Assembly (NCBI GenBank): GCA_016181845.1
Contig: JACOYO010000005.1
Location: 2,845-66,844 of the forward strand
Length of the DNA stretch: 64,000 bases
Source of the DNA: Parcubacteria group bacterium
Lineage (GTDB): Bacteria > Patescibacteriota > Minisyncoccia > Phycocordibacterales > 21-14-all-47-15
Reading direction: 5' to 3'
A program made the translations under genes and the position numbers. Positions 38,515 through 47,530 of the stretch are shown piece by piece (within the stretch, counting starts at the first letter, position 1; every line of letters starts with the position of its first letter). The notes under the pieces were generated by a model. The model was not told where the DNA came from, ran no database searches, and saw only the letters and a list, made by a program, of their open reading frames with translations.

Positions 38515-40707
38515 TTATGGATTCCGTCCAGCCCGAATTTCATTGATAAAATATTCCCCCTTGTCCTTAAATTGCGGATTGATGATTATAACTTTTTGTA
38601 TTTCATTGATGGCTTGCTGGCGTTCTCCAATTTGCAAGTAGCTCGCGCCGAGAGAGAGGTGATACTGCGGATTATTCGGGTCTTTCTCAAGACGCAATTT
38701 CCATATCGCGATAACTTTGTCGTATTGCCCTGTCGCCGCATACGCGCCTATTAATCGGTCATCGTCAATAATCATTGTGCCATATACAGATACGAGCAGT
38801 TCTTTCGCCAAATCATTCTGCCCCGCATAAAGAGCCGCCATCGCGTACACCACCAGCGCGCGGTCATACGTTTGGTCAAATTCAAACGCTGTTTTTAATG
38901 TTGCAAGCGATTTATCGTATTCTTTTTTGTTTAAATATGAAGTTGCGAGTTCAAAATACATCGCTTGTTTTTTCGGAGAAAGCTCAATGGCGCGTAGAGC
39001 ATACGGAATCGCGGCGTCAAAATTGCCGGTGCGGTTAAGAAATGACGCCATAAAGATTTGGTATCGGGCATCGTTTGGCATTTGTTTGATTTGTTTTTGC
39101 ATCTCATCTCCGCCGAGCGCGGCAAATTGTTGTTTCAAATCGGGAGAAACATTGATGTCGGCGGCTTGCGAAGCGGCTTGCAATAGTTGTTCCCGTGTTT
39201 CAGAAGTGCCAAAGGTCTCGTAAGAGAGCGCTTTTTTATAAAATTCCAAATTCTTTTCGGGTCCTTCTTGGTGCGGCGCAAGCGCTTGCAAGAGTGATTG
39301 CGCGGTCAATATGCCTTTGATGTTTACAACATACAGCACCGACACAAGCGCAATAAGCACGATAGGTCCGAAGATGAGACCGGCATGTTTATTTGTCATT
39401 TCCTCACCATTATTATTCACAAAAGCGTTTGCTTTTGCTGTTTCAACAGCCATCGCGTGCATGTAGGCGAGCATTGAGAAAAAAAGAATATAACTGATGA
39501 GATTATCAAACACAAATACATTGTGGAAAAAATAACCCGCCAAAAGCCCCGTGAGAATACTTTTATCAACGAGAGAAAAATGATTGTCTGAACTCTTTCG
39601 CCAAAGATAATAAAGAATTGCGCCAAAAAGCGAGAGGTATGATAAAAGACCCAAAAGACCGCCGGCAATAAGCCAGTCAAAAAAGATATTGTGGGAACGG
39701 TCAAACCACGGCTCCTGCCTCCAAAGACGCGGTTCAAAATATTTGTTGAATACTAAATTATAATTTTCCTGACCCCAGCCGAGAATCGGGTGCTCTTTGA
39801 ACCCTTGTATACTCATGCCCCAAATAATAAAACGAGATTGGGTAGTGACTTCACTCGGAGAAATATTGGCAAAACGGGAAAGCACCGGGCTTGTTTTTAC
39901 AAATTCTGTATTTCTAGCCGCTAAAAACGCGCCTGCCAGCGCCAAAATTCCGATGAAAACTCCTGCGGTAATTTTCCGCGCGCGCGGATATTCTTTTCCA
40001 AAAACCATTACGAGAAAAGCCGCGAGCAACGCCCCGCCGATAAGACCCAAAATAGTGCCACGAGTCGCCGTATAATACAAAACGACAAGCTCCGCTGTCA
40101 TGAGCGCTCCGTAAATCCATTTCACCCATTGCGCGCCACGATGTCTGAACAAAAGAAACGCGAGAATAAAAATATGAAAGAGCATGTATACGGCCAAGTA
40201 CGTTGGATTGCCAAGTGTCGCATCCAAACGGCTCCCCTGATGGAGAGAGAGCGTTCGTACCAATTGCACGATGCTATAGATGCTCACTATAGCGCTAGCG
40301 CCGATAGATGTATTCGCAAACCACCACCATAATCTTTGCGTATTAAGAACGGTCCCTGCCACGAGTACATACGCGCCCAAGTGCCAAATGGTGATGAGCC
40401 CCTCCATCCGTTCAAAATTGCTCCAAAAACTTTTATATATATTTTCGCCCAAAAAATCTGCGAGCGTGATAATGCCGACAAACGCTGATACTGCCGCAAA
40501 CACCCATGAAAACCTCGGGCGATGCGACGAATCGCGATACGCCAGTATAAGCCATAGCGCAAAAACGATTTCAATGATAATCCGAAATGCAAAATTTTTT
40601 CCGGTTATAAACGGAAAAAACATTGACGGCACGACGATAAGCGGTATAAAAGGAACCAAAAAGATGCCTCCAATAATAATCCGCCGCAAGATAGTGTTTA
40701 TATTCAT
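38515..40707 (-). CDS. O-antigen ligase/Wzy_C-like membrane protein with C-terminal TPR repeats
   Basis: Many TM helices; GNP.YLA; TRG; P.LGWG.EN; RSHN; TPR tail. Confidence 0.88.
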   Translation of the reverse strand: MNINTILRRIIIGGIFLVPFIPLIVVPSMFFPFITGKNFAFRIIIEIVFALWLILAYRDSSHRPRFSWVFAAVSAFVGIITLADFLGENIYKSFWSNFERMEGLITIWHLGAYVLVAGTVLNTQRLWWWFANTSIGASAIVSIYSIVQLVRTLSLHQGSRLDATLGNPTYLAVYMLFHIFILAFLLFRHRGAQWVKWIYGALMTAELVVLYYTATRGTILGLIGGALLAAFLVMVFGKEYPRARKITAGVFIGILALAGAFLAARNTEFVKTSPVLSRFANISPSEVTTQSRFIIWGMSIQGFKEHPILGWGQENYNLVFNKYFEPRLWRQEPWFDRSHNIFFDWLIAGGLLGLLSYLSLFGAILYYLWRKSSDNHFSLVDKSILTGLLAGYFFHNVFVFDNLISYILFFSMLAYMHAMAVETAKANAFVNNNGEEMTNKHAGLIFGPIVLIALVSVLYVVNIKGILTAQSLLQALAPHQEGPEKNLEFYKKALSYETFGTSETREQLLQAASQAADINVSPDLKQQFAALGGDEMQKQIKQMPNDARYQIFMASFLNRTGNFDAAIPYALRAIELSPKKQAMYFELATSYLNKKEYDKSLATLKTAFEFDQTYDRALVVYAMAALYAGQNDLAKELLVSVYGTMIIDDDRLIGAYAATGQYDKVIAIWKLRLEKDPNNPQYHLSLGASYLQIGERQQAINEIQKVIIINPQFKDKGEYFINEIRAGRNP

Positions 40708-40766
40708 AGCATTTAGTCTATCGTAAAACGCGCCCGGCTACAAGCAAGGCGCGTTTTTTAACAAAA

Positions 40767-40904
40767 TCAAAAACGGAGCAGACGGCGCGGTGGGTTGGCA
40801 ATAATATCAACCACACCGCAAAACAAAAGAAGTACGATCAACCCCAAAAAGATAAGAAAAAGATTGTATCGAATCACCCACCAATAGTTACTGAAACGAG
40901 ACAT
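40767..40904 (-). CDS. 45-aa single-TM micro-protein
   Basis: AAGGAG then MSRFSNYWWVIRYNLFLIFLGLIVLLLFCGVVDIIANPPRRLLRF; hairpin at 40725-40757. Confidence 0.55.
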   Translation of the reverse strand: MSRFSNYWWVIRYNLFLIFLGLIVLLLFCGVVDIIANPPRRLLRF

Positions 40905-41040
40905 AATTTCTCCTTTCCAAAGGATAGCGTGTTCATACTTTCTCTATATCAAAGTATAGTAAAAAAACCGCAGTTTGGATACCTCATAATATGCTACCAC
41001 AGATTAGAAGGGCTCTTTATCGCCGTATTGTTTGAATGAT

Positions 41041-41094
41041 TTACAAAGGTTCCTCCTTCGTGAGTTATCCACAACGAAGGAGGAACCTTTGTAA
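41041..41094. repeat. REP-B inverted doublet with central DnaA box
   Basis: TTACAAAGGTTCCTCCTTCGT-GAG-TTATCCACA-ACGAAGGAGGAACCTTTGTAA. Confidence 0.92.
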
Positions 41095-41119
41095 AACTCT
41101 TAAAAATCAATCGCCACAA

Positions 41120-44100
41120 TCACCAAAGATTCGCGGGACTGGTAGTGGCAACATTATTATTTCCAAAAGTAATATTGGAAACTGAAATGGAATAATTGTT
41201 TGTCGTCGCCGTGTCCGCAGAAACTGCGAGCGTGTTGTCTGAAAAAATAACATCCGAAAGAATAATTGGCGAATTGAGATACGATAGCGCCGTTTTCATA
41301 AACTTAAAGACCGCGCCGGAAATATTTGAAGTACTGCCCGATTGCAATACCGTGCTTTGAATAATGCCCGTGGCGCCAGTGCTCGCGCCGTCGTTTGACG
41401 CATCGTTTCCATTCGAGTCGTCGTAAACTGAAGTAAAAGTAACAGGATGTTCCGCGGTGCTTTGGATAGACAAATGACCATTAACCAAAAGCCGCTCGTC
41501 TTTGAATTTTACGATCACATCCGGGTCAATCGCAAGAGTTGAACTTGCAAGAATAGTTACCGTGCCTGATTGTTTTATCAAATACGGCAGCGTATTTTGT
41601 TTTAGCGTCGTTGTCGCGTTTGTTTTGGTGATAGCGCTGGCGAGCGCGATGCCATTCCATGCGTTTCCAGACCCGCTATTGCCTGAAAAATAGCCGTCAC
41701 CGATAACGCCGCTCGCGTAAATTGCTTCAGACGTGCTCGACGCAATAGTATTTGATGAGACTCGCGCTTCAGACGCAACCATATAAATACCGATAACATT
41801 ATCGGAAAATTGATTGTTTTCTATCGTCGGCGCGCCGCCGGTGCTCATCACGCCTCCCATCCAAAAACCGGAACCGTTATGCTGAAATACTGAATTGGAA
41901 ATAGTGGAACTTGCGGAGAAAAGCCGCAGACCGTGCATGCCTCCATACTCAAAAGTAGAGTGATTAATTGATGGCGAGGTATTTGCCAAATATAGATTGG
42001 CGGACGGCTGTCCTTGTCCGTCATAATATTTTCCACCATAACGAAACAGCGCGTAATCAAACACCGACGCATCGGAGCCCAACGCAAGCTCCACGCCATA
42101 CCAATCTCTTTTGGCGGGAGCGGTTACGCTGCCGTCTTGATTGGTATCGCCACCATAAGCATCATCAAGAAAACTGGTGAAAATTATTTTGTCGCTTTCC
42201 GTGCCTTGCGCATTCAATGTGCCCGACACGGCAAGACGGGCATTGTTATAAAATTTAATGATGGCGCCGGGTTCAAGCGTGAGTGTCTTACCCGACTGCA
42301 CAGTAATCGTGTCGTTATTTACCACATACGGACTTTTTGTTTTTTCAATAGTCATATTTTCTGTAATTGTCGGGTTGCCTTTGTTGAGCATGCGCGAAAA
42401 ACTATTGTATGCTTTTGGAGTTCCGTTGAGCACACTGCCGTTTGTATCATATCCGTTACGGATAATGACCTGGTTCCGTCCCCAATTTGTCCAGTCGGTG
42501 CCAGCTACATTCACATCAAAACGTTCCATTGAACGAAAATCTGGACTGCCGCTTCCTTTTGCGCACCAAACATAGCAATACGAAATCTCATCTATTGTCG
42601 TTGTCGCACTGCTTCCGCTTTTTCGCGCGAGAATAAGATTTTCGCCATCATTACTCAAGCCATCTCCAAAACTTGTCCATAAGTCGGCGGTGATATCTTT
42701 CACAGGTGACTGCGTTGCCTCGTCAGTTTCTCCTGTATTTTTTCTTTCAATCAGATAATAGCCGCCGGCTGGAATGGAGCCGCTCAAAGAAATATACGGA
42801 GAGCCGTCTGCCGTGTAAATTATAAACTCTGAAAGATTCACGGTGCTTGCCGTTTTGTTGTACAGTTCTATCCATTCATCAGCTGTGGATGCGTTTGTCC
42901 CGCCCCACGCCACTTCATTTATCACCACAGGCGAGGTGCTTATTTCCGCAGTAATAGTTGTTGTTGCTGAAGCGTTGCCTGATGTATCAATCGCCGCAAT
43001 CGCAAAAGAATAAGTTGTGTTGTTTGTTGCCGAAGCTGATGTTGAAGTCGCGGTCGTCGTGCTCACGGCGCCGTTTTTATTGATGACAAAGTGGCTGAAA
43101 TCATTCGCTTCAGAAGATAACCACGAAATAGAGAGCGTTGTTGTCGCGACGAGACAGCCGCTTGAAGCAAGCGAGCTTGCGCATTCTGCAATTGCGGGCG
43201 CGGGTGATTGCGGCGCGATTGAATCTATAAAAAATGTCGTGCTTGTGGCGGCAGAAATATTGCCCGCGCCGTCGGTGGCAAAAAATTGCGCTGTCGTCGT
43301 GCCTTGATTAAAAGTAAGCGCAAGAGACCATTCACCTGATTGGCTGACAGTGGTTGTCGCCGATGATACATCAGAGTTTATGACACTTCCCGATTCGGCA
43401 GTCCCGCTAAAGATTATTGATGGGCTCGTAAAGGTTCGCAAAAAATCCGCCGGAGCGGTGATCGCGGGGGCGGATGGCGGGATGGTGTCTGTTGCTGTTT
43501 GTGCATTCGCCGAAGATGTGGTTTGTGTTGTTGCATCTCCTCCTCCGCCGAAGCCTGGTGTGACAATTATCGGAAGTGATACGCCGGGAACAGTTTTGTT
43601 TGCGGAAGCATTTTCAGTGTTAAGCACTGCATCCGGTGAACCGCCGACATATGCTTCATCAGAATTTTGGTTTTGATTGGTTTGTTCTTCGGTGCGCAAA
43701 TTTGTGTTTTTCAGAGAAAAATCGGCAAGTGCAAAAGCAAGCGCTTGTGTTTCTTTTTCTGCCATCGCTACTTTTTGCTCAAGCGCGAGAAGCTCTTTGA
43801 CAGGCGACACGACATCACTAACATCACTAGATGACAGAAGCACAGGTTGTTCTTTTGTGAGCGGTAAATCAAGCACTTCAGCCACCGCGCTTGATTGCTC
43901 TTTTGGTGATGTGTTAAAGACGCTCGCGAGAGTGTTGGCGACTGAAAATATTCCTTGCGCAAGAGTGCTTCCCGCTTGATGCGCTCCTTTTGCAACAGCA
44001 ACAACAGTGCTTATACTTTTGCTTGCAACAGGGTCAGCAACGGCAAATATCGCGCCTTCTATTTTGTGTACGCGGGTCAGCTTGGGCGCTACGATACAGG

Positions 44101-44845
44101 GCATATTTTCGTCTATTCTATCATTGCTTTTTAATGCATCTAACGAAGCCGCTATATCAGAAACAACCTGACCGCCACGATATTTCAGATATACTTTCGC
44201 GAAATCATGCCCAGTAATATCATCGTCGGATTTTAATTTAATGTGAGTATTCGGCGGCATAATGCTTTTGAATGGAACATGCCCGACAACGCCGGCAATC
44301 ACTTTATCCGTATCGGACGTGAGCCATTTTCCGCCGCCGGCAACACTGCTTGCCGGAGTCGCAACACTGTAAACACCCATTGATTCTTTTGAGACGCCAG
44401 CTTCTTGCTCCGCGACGGTATCATAAAAACTATTGGCATAAAAATTGCCCTGTGAATGGGCAACGAGAAGGAGTTTTTGAGTACGAACTTTTTCACTTGC
44501 TGATTTAAGCATTTCCACGAGGTCATAGTCTGTCACTGTCTCCTGGTCAAACAACCCCTGTTCTATGGATTTTATAACGTCGCCGATACCGCCGAGGTGC
44601 GGTGGGTTGAGGAGAAAGTCAATAATCAATTTTTCTCCTTTGTAGGTATTCTTAAAATAATATTTTAAAGCATCTCTGTTTGAAATAGCTGCGTTTTCAT
44701 CAGTAAAGACACCATTAATTGTATTGATTGTATAACCCTCAGAAGAACAAGCTTCGCCAGACGTTTGAGCGAAAACTGTAAATGGAGAGAAGCTAACGAA
44801 AAAAGCAACTGCAATTATTTTAAATTTTATTGAAAAATGGTTCAT
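41120..44845 (-). CDS. Large secreted protein: alpha/beta-hydrolase-like N-terminus, Ig-like, lamin-tail and right-handed beta-helix domains
   Basis: Signal peptide; LVAHSQGNFYAN; VVINEVAW.G...DEWIELYN; TLTLEPG.IIKF...L.A.GT....I.FTS. Confidence 0.8.
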   Translation of the reverse strand: MNHFSIKFKIIAVAFFVSFSPFTVFAQTSGEACSSEGYTINTINGVFTDENAAISNRDALKYYFKNTYKGEKLIIDFLLNPPHLGGIGDVIKSIEQGLFDQETVTDYDLVEMLKSASEKVRTQKLLLVAHSQGNFYANSFYDTVAEQEAGVSKESMGVYSVATPASSVAGGGKWLTSDTDKVIAGVVGHVPFKSIMPPNTHIKLKSDDDITGHDFAKVYLKYRGGQVVSDIAASLDALKSNDRIDENMPCIVAPKLTRVHKIEGAIFAVADPVASKSISTVVAVAKGAHQAGSTLAQGIFSVANTLASVFNTSPKEQSSAVAEVLDLPLTKEQPVLLSSSDVSDVVSPVKELLALEQKVAMAEKETQALAFALADFSLKNTNLRTEEQTNQNQNSDEAYVGGSPDAVLNTENASANKTVPGVSLPIIVTPGFGGGGDATTQTTSSANAQTATDTIPPSAPAITAPADFLRTFTSPSIIFSGTAESGSVINSDVSSATTTVSQSGEWSLALTFNQGTTTAQFFATDGAGNISAATSTTFFIDSIAPQSPAPAIAECASSLASSGCLVATTTLSISWLSSEANDFSHFVINKNGAVSTTTATSTSASATNNTTYSFAIAAIDTSGNASATTTITAEISTSPVVINEVAWGGTNASTADEWIELYNKTASTVNLSEFIIYTADGSPYISLSGSIPAGGYYLIERKNTGETDEATQSPVKDITADLWTSFGDGLSNDGENLILARKSGSSATTTIDEISYCYVWCAKGSGSPDFRSMERFDVNVAGTDWTNWGRNQVIIRNGYDTNGSVLNGTPKAYNSFSRMLNKGNPTITENMTIEKTKSPYVVNNDTITVQSGKTLTLEPGAIIKFYNNARLAVSGTLNAQGTESDKIIFTSFLDDAYGGDTNQDGSVTAPAKRDWYGVELALGSDASVFDYALFRYGGKYYDGQGQPSANLYLANTSPSINHSTFEYGGMHGLRLFSASSTISNSVFQHNGSGFWMGGVMSTGGAPTIENNQFSDNVIGIYMVASEARVSSNTIASSTSEAIYASGVIGDGYFSGNSGSGNAWNGIALASAITKTNATTTLKQNTLPYLIKQSGTVTILASSTLAIDPDVIVKFKDERLLVNGHLSIQSTAEHPVTFTSVYDDSNGNDASNDGASTGATGIIQSTVLQSGSTSNISGAVFKFMKTALSYLNSPIILSDVIFSDNTLAVSADTATTNNYSISVSNITFGNNNVATTSPANLW

Positions 44846-44851
44846 AAAATC

Positions 44852-45457
44852 CTAATTTGGTAATGCAAAAAGATTAATATCGCATATCTCATTTTCTGAT
44901 TCACTATAACTACCTACATACTGAACAAAATCTTTTCTGGCATTTTGTCGGTCCAGTGTATTTCTTTGCTTATTTTCTACAAACCCATGCAACTTATCTC
45001 CAATTTCAAGAAATTTTTTTATATCATCTCGTGAAGTTATTTCCCCAACGCAATAATGTGCCCTGCTCTGCTCTCTCACAACTTCAGTCACCGTCTCCGT
45101 ATTCACAATCGGCTGTATCACCTCCATCTGCAATGCCAGCGCATACTGAAGCAAAACCGCCCGTGTCTTTGCCGAGTTCGGATATTCTTTAAAAATCTCC
45201 AGCTCAACATCATCACGGATCCCGTTTTGATTCGCGTCAACGCCGGCAATAGTTTTATCCGCATCTGCCCCTGGGTCAGGCGGCAAATTCTTCCCCATCA
45301 CATCATCAAGCGTAAGTTTTGTCGCGTGAATTTTTGCGACTTGTTCTTCCGTCTTTTGCAGATTGTAAAAATAAAACATGCGCACAATGACCAACAAGGC
45401 GTAAGCACTGGCAATGACCGCAAGAATAATCAATAGTATCTTTTTTGTTTTTGACAT
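44852..45457 (-). CDS. Membrane-anchored protein with PPDPG...GVDAN.NGIRDDVE motif
   Basis: N-terminal TM; Ca-loop-like motif; directly upstream of the hydrolase-like gene. Confidence 0.75.
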   Translation of the reverse strand: MSKTKKILLIILAVIASAYALLVIVRMFYFYNLQKTEEQVAKIHATKLTLDDVMGKNLPPDPGADADKTIAGVDANQNGIRDDVELEIFKEYPNSAKTRAVLLQYALALQMEVIQPIVNTETVTEVVREQSRAHYCVGEITSRDDIKKFLEIGDKLHGFVENKQRNTLDRQNARKDFVQYVGSYSESENEICDINLFALPN

Positions 45458-45471
45458 AGTATGAACCGCGA

Positions 45472-45612
45472 TTATCTTGCTTGCTCAACCACCGGAGTAG
45501 CCGGTGTTGACGTATCTTGCACTCCCAAAAAGAAAACGGCGACCACGCCTATAGCGATAATCGCAAGAAACCCGAGTACGAATTTTATAAACGTAGAATT
45601 AAAAAATTTCAT
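45472..45612 (-). CDS. 46-aa single-TM micro-protein
   Basis: MKFFNSTFIKFVLGFLAIIAIGVVAVFFLGVQDTSTPATPVVEQAR. Confidence 0.55.
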   Translation of the reverse strand: MKFFNSTFIKFVLGFLAIIAIGVVAVFFLGVQDTSTPATPVVEQAR

Positions 45613-45670
45613 ATAATACCAATCAGCTAATCAATCTAAACAGTTTACCACAAACCAAAATTACAAAAGT

Positions 45671-45733
45671 TTACAAAGGTTCCTCCTTCGTTGTGGATAA
45701 CTTGTTATATTTACAAAGGTTCCTCCTTTGTAA
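45671..45733. repeat. REP-B doublet with DnaA box; the second REP supplies the RAYT stop codon
   Basis: REP 45671-45691, TGTGGATAA 45692-45700, REP 45711-45733 (TKEEPL*). Confidence 0.92.
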
Positions 45734-46394
45734 ATATAACGTTGGTATTGAATTCAGATATTAAATTGCCAATGTCATTTAACGTCTTGAAGTGTTCCGG
45801 GAAAGAATCTTTGTTTAAAATAGAACTTTCCGGTCTATTTTTTACAAAATAATCACCATAACTAGAGTAGTGATAATTAGACAAAAAAGACTTTGTTTTT
45901 GCCAGGTTGGCGATGCCCATCTCTTTCCAATCGGGATTAGCAATCTTTATCGGATTTAGATGAATATATGAAAAAAGCCAATTAAAATACGGCTCATTAT
46001 CAACATATTTTGCTTTGAAAGACCCCTCAAAAAGCGTGCCGGTTCTATCATGCTTCCGATTAAAATACATAGAGTACGCCGTGGCAATCTTTTTCATAAA
46101 AGTACTAATGCCCAAATGCTGTTTTTCATAAATAAGTATATGAAAATGGTTTGGCATAAGGCAATATGCCCCAATATCAACAAGTGTTGATATTTTTTCT
46201 GTGGTAAACAAATTTACGAAGGAGGAACCTTTGTTAAAATAATCCCTCATATCAACCGCTTCAGAATTGTTACATAAATACAAAAGAGCTAAAAAGCGCC
46301 TATAATCATGCTCGTCTTCGAAAATAATTCTTTTATCAGTACCTCTATTGTAAAGATGGTAATAATTACCGAGCGTAAATGATATTTGTCTCAT
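45711..46394 (-). CDS. REP-associated tyrosine transposase (RAYT, Y1 HUH), family B
   Basis: YYHLYNRG.DKR.IF; AYCLMPNHFH; G.LFEG.FK; YIHLNP; Y.YSS; internal REP-B at 46214-46234. Confidence 0.9.
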   Translation of the reverse strand: MRQISFTLGNYYHLYNRGTDKRIIFEDEHDYRRFLALLYLCNNSEAVDMRDYFNKGSSFVNLFTTEKISTLVDIGAYCLMPNHFHILIYEKQHLGISTFMKKIATAYSMYFNRKHDRTGTLFEGSFKAKYVDNEPYFNWLFSYIHLNPIKIANPDWKEMGIANLAKTKSFLSNYHYSSYGDYFVKNRPESSILNKDSFPEHFKTLNDIGNLISEFNTNVIFTKEEPL

Positions 46395-46431
46395 TGGTGA
46401 TATTATTGTTATGCTTAATTTATCGTTATTT

Positions 46432-46496
46432 TTACAAAGGAGGAACCTTTGTAAGTTATTCACATATTATCCACAACGAATGAGGAACCTTTGTAA
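46432..46496. repeat. REP-B doublet with two DnaA boxes
   Basis: REP-G-TTATTCACA-TA-TTATCCACA-REP. Confidence 0.92.
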
Positions 46497-46520
46497 AGAC
46501 TTTGTAAAAAGCCTCATAAA

Positions 46521-47318
46521 TCAAAGAGCGGAAATACGCTGTTTTAGTTGATCTTGCAATTTTGTATCGTTTGATTGCATGGCTACATCAAGAGCCTCTT
46601 GATAGTACTTTTTTGCGGAAGTTTTATCCCCTTGCCCTGCGTAATACTCGGCGAGTGTTGAGAGAAGAAGTATGTTTTTAGGGTTATTTTTCAATCCTTC
46701 AAGCAAGATACCGTCTGCCAAATTCGCTTTTTCTACATAAGAGAGCGAGTACAGCTCATGCATGCCGATATACGATGGAATAGAGTTTGGTTTTACACTT
46801 ATCGCTTTTCTAAAAGCAGATTCAGATTTTGCAAAATCATGTATTTGATAATGGTAGAAATTGCCCAAATTGATGTACGGCACATCATGTTCAGGCCACT
46901 GTTTGGTCATGAAAACCCATATTTCTTCGGCCCCCATATTGTCGCCAATCAATTTGCGGTACGATGCAAGATCAAGCCAGCTGCCAAAAAGCCCAGGTTC
47001 TGCTGCAAGCTCTTTTGCCAATTCAGCAATTTTGGTTCGGGCCATAGTTTCCGTCTCTGGAGCAAGCGCCGATAAAATAACGACTGGTCGCGCCAAATCA
47101 GGAAGCGGGGCGAGCAGTTTCGTAGATTTTTCTGAATTTGCTGTATTTGTCTCTCCTAAATTTGCGGTTTTATTTAAGCTGCCCACTGTTTCTGGTGTAG
47201 TCGTCGCCACATCAATAGGGACTATTTGTGGCTTATTAATAGTATTTTTATATACAGCATAACCAACAACAGTAGCTGCAAAAATAATCAAGAAAATAAG
47301 TATTTTTTGGCTTTTCAT
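46521..47318 (-). CDS. Membrane-anchored TPR protein
   Basis: N-terminal TM; YINLGNFY...AE..F.KAI...P; A..YY.EAL. Confidence 0.8.
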   Translation of the reverse strand: MKSQKILIFLIIFAATVVGYAVYKNTINKPQIVPIDVATTTPETVGSLNKTANLGETNTANSEKSTKLLAPLPDLARPVVILSALAPETETMARTKIAELAKELAAEPGLFGSWLDLASYRKLIGDNMGAEEIWVFMTKQWPEHDVPYINLGNFYHYQIHDFAKSESAFRKAISVKPNSIPSYIGMHELYSLSYVEKANLADGILLEGLKNNPKNILLLSTLAEYYAGQGDKTSAKKYYQEALDVAMQSNDTKLQDQLKQRISAL

Positions 47319-47348
47319 ATCTAACAAGCATAGCAAAAACATAGATAT

Positions 47349-47413
47349 TTACAAAGGAGGAACCTTTGTAAGTTATTCACATATTATCCACAACGAAGGA
47401 GGAACCTTTGTAA
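47349..47413. repeat. REP-B doublet with two DnaA boxes (direct repeat of 46432-46496, one mismatch)
   Basis: 65-bp near-identical unit. Confidence 0.92.
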
Positions 47414-47530
47414 GTTGGGCAACGCAAAACCCCCCGGCTCCGAAGAGCGGGGGGGTTGCGTGAAGGCATTGCCTTCGCTTTAGCTTCTATCTCGTCCGTT
47501 GTTACACGGAGTTCGACCGAGAGAAACTAG

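Noticed and set aside
45671-47413. Replication origin at the DnaA-box cluster
   Set aside because: Boxes are embedded in repeat units or isolated at promoters; no dnaA/dnaN nearby and no dense box array with an unwinding element seen.
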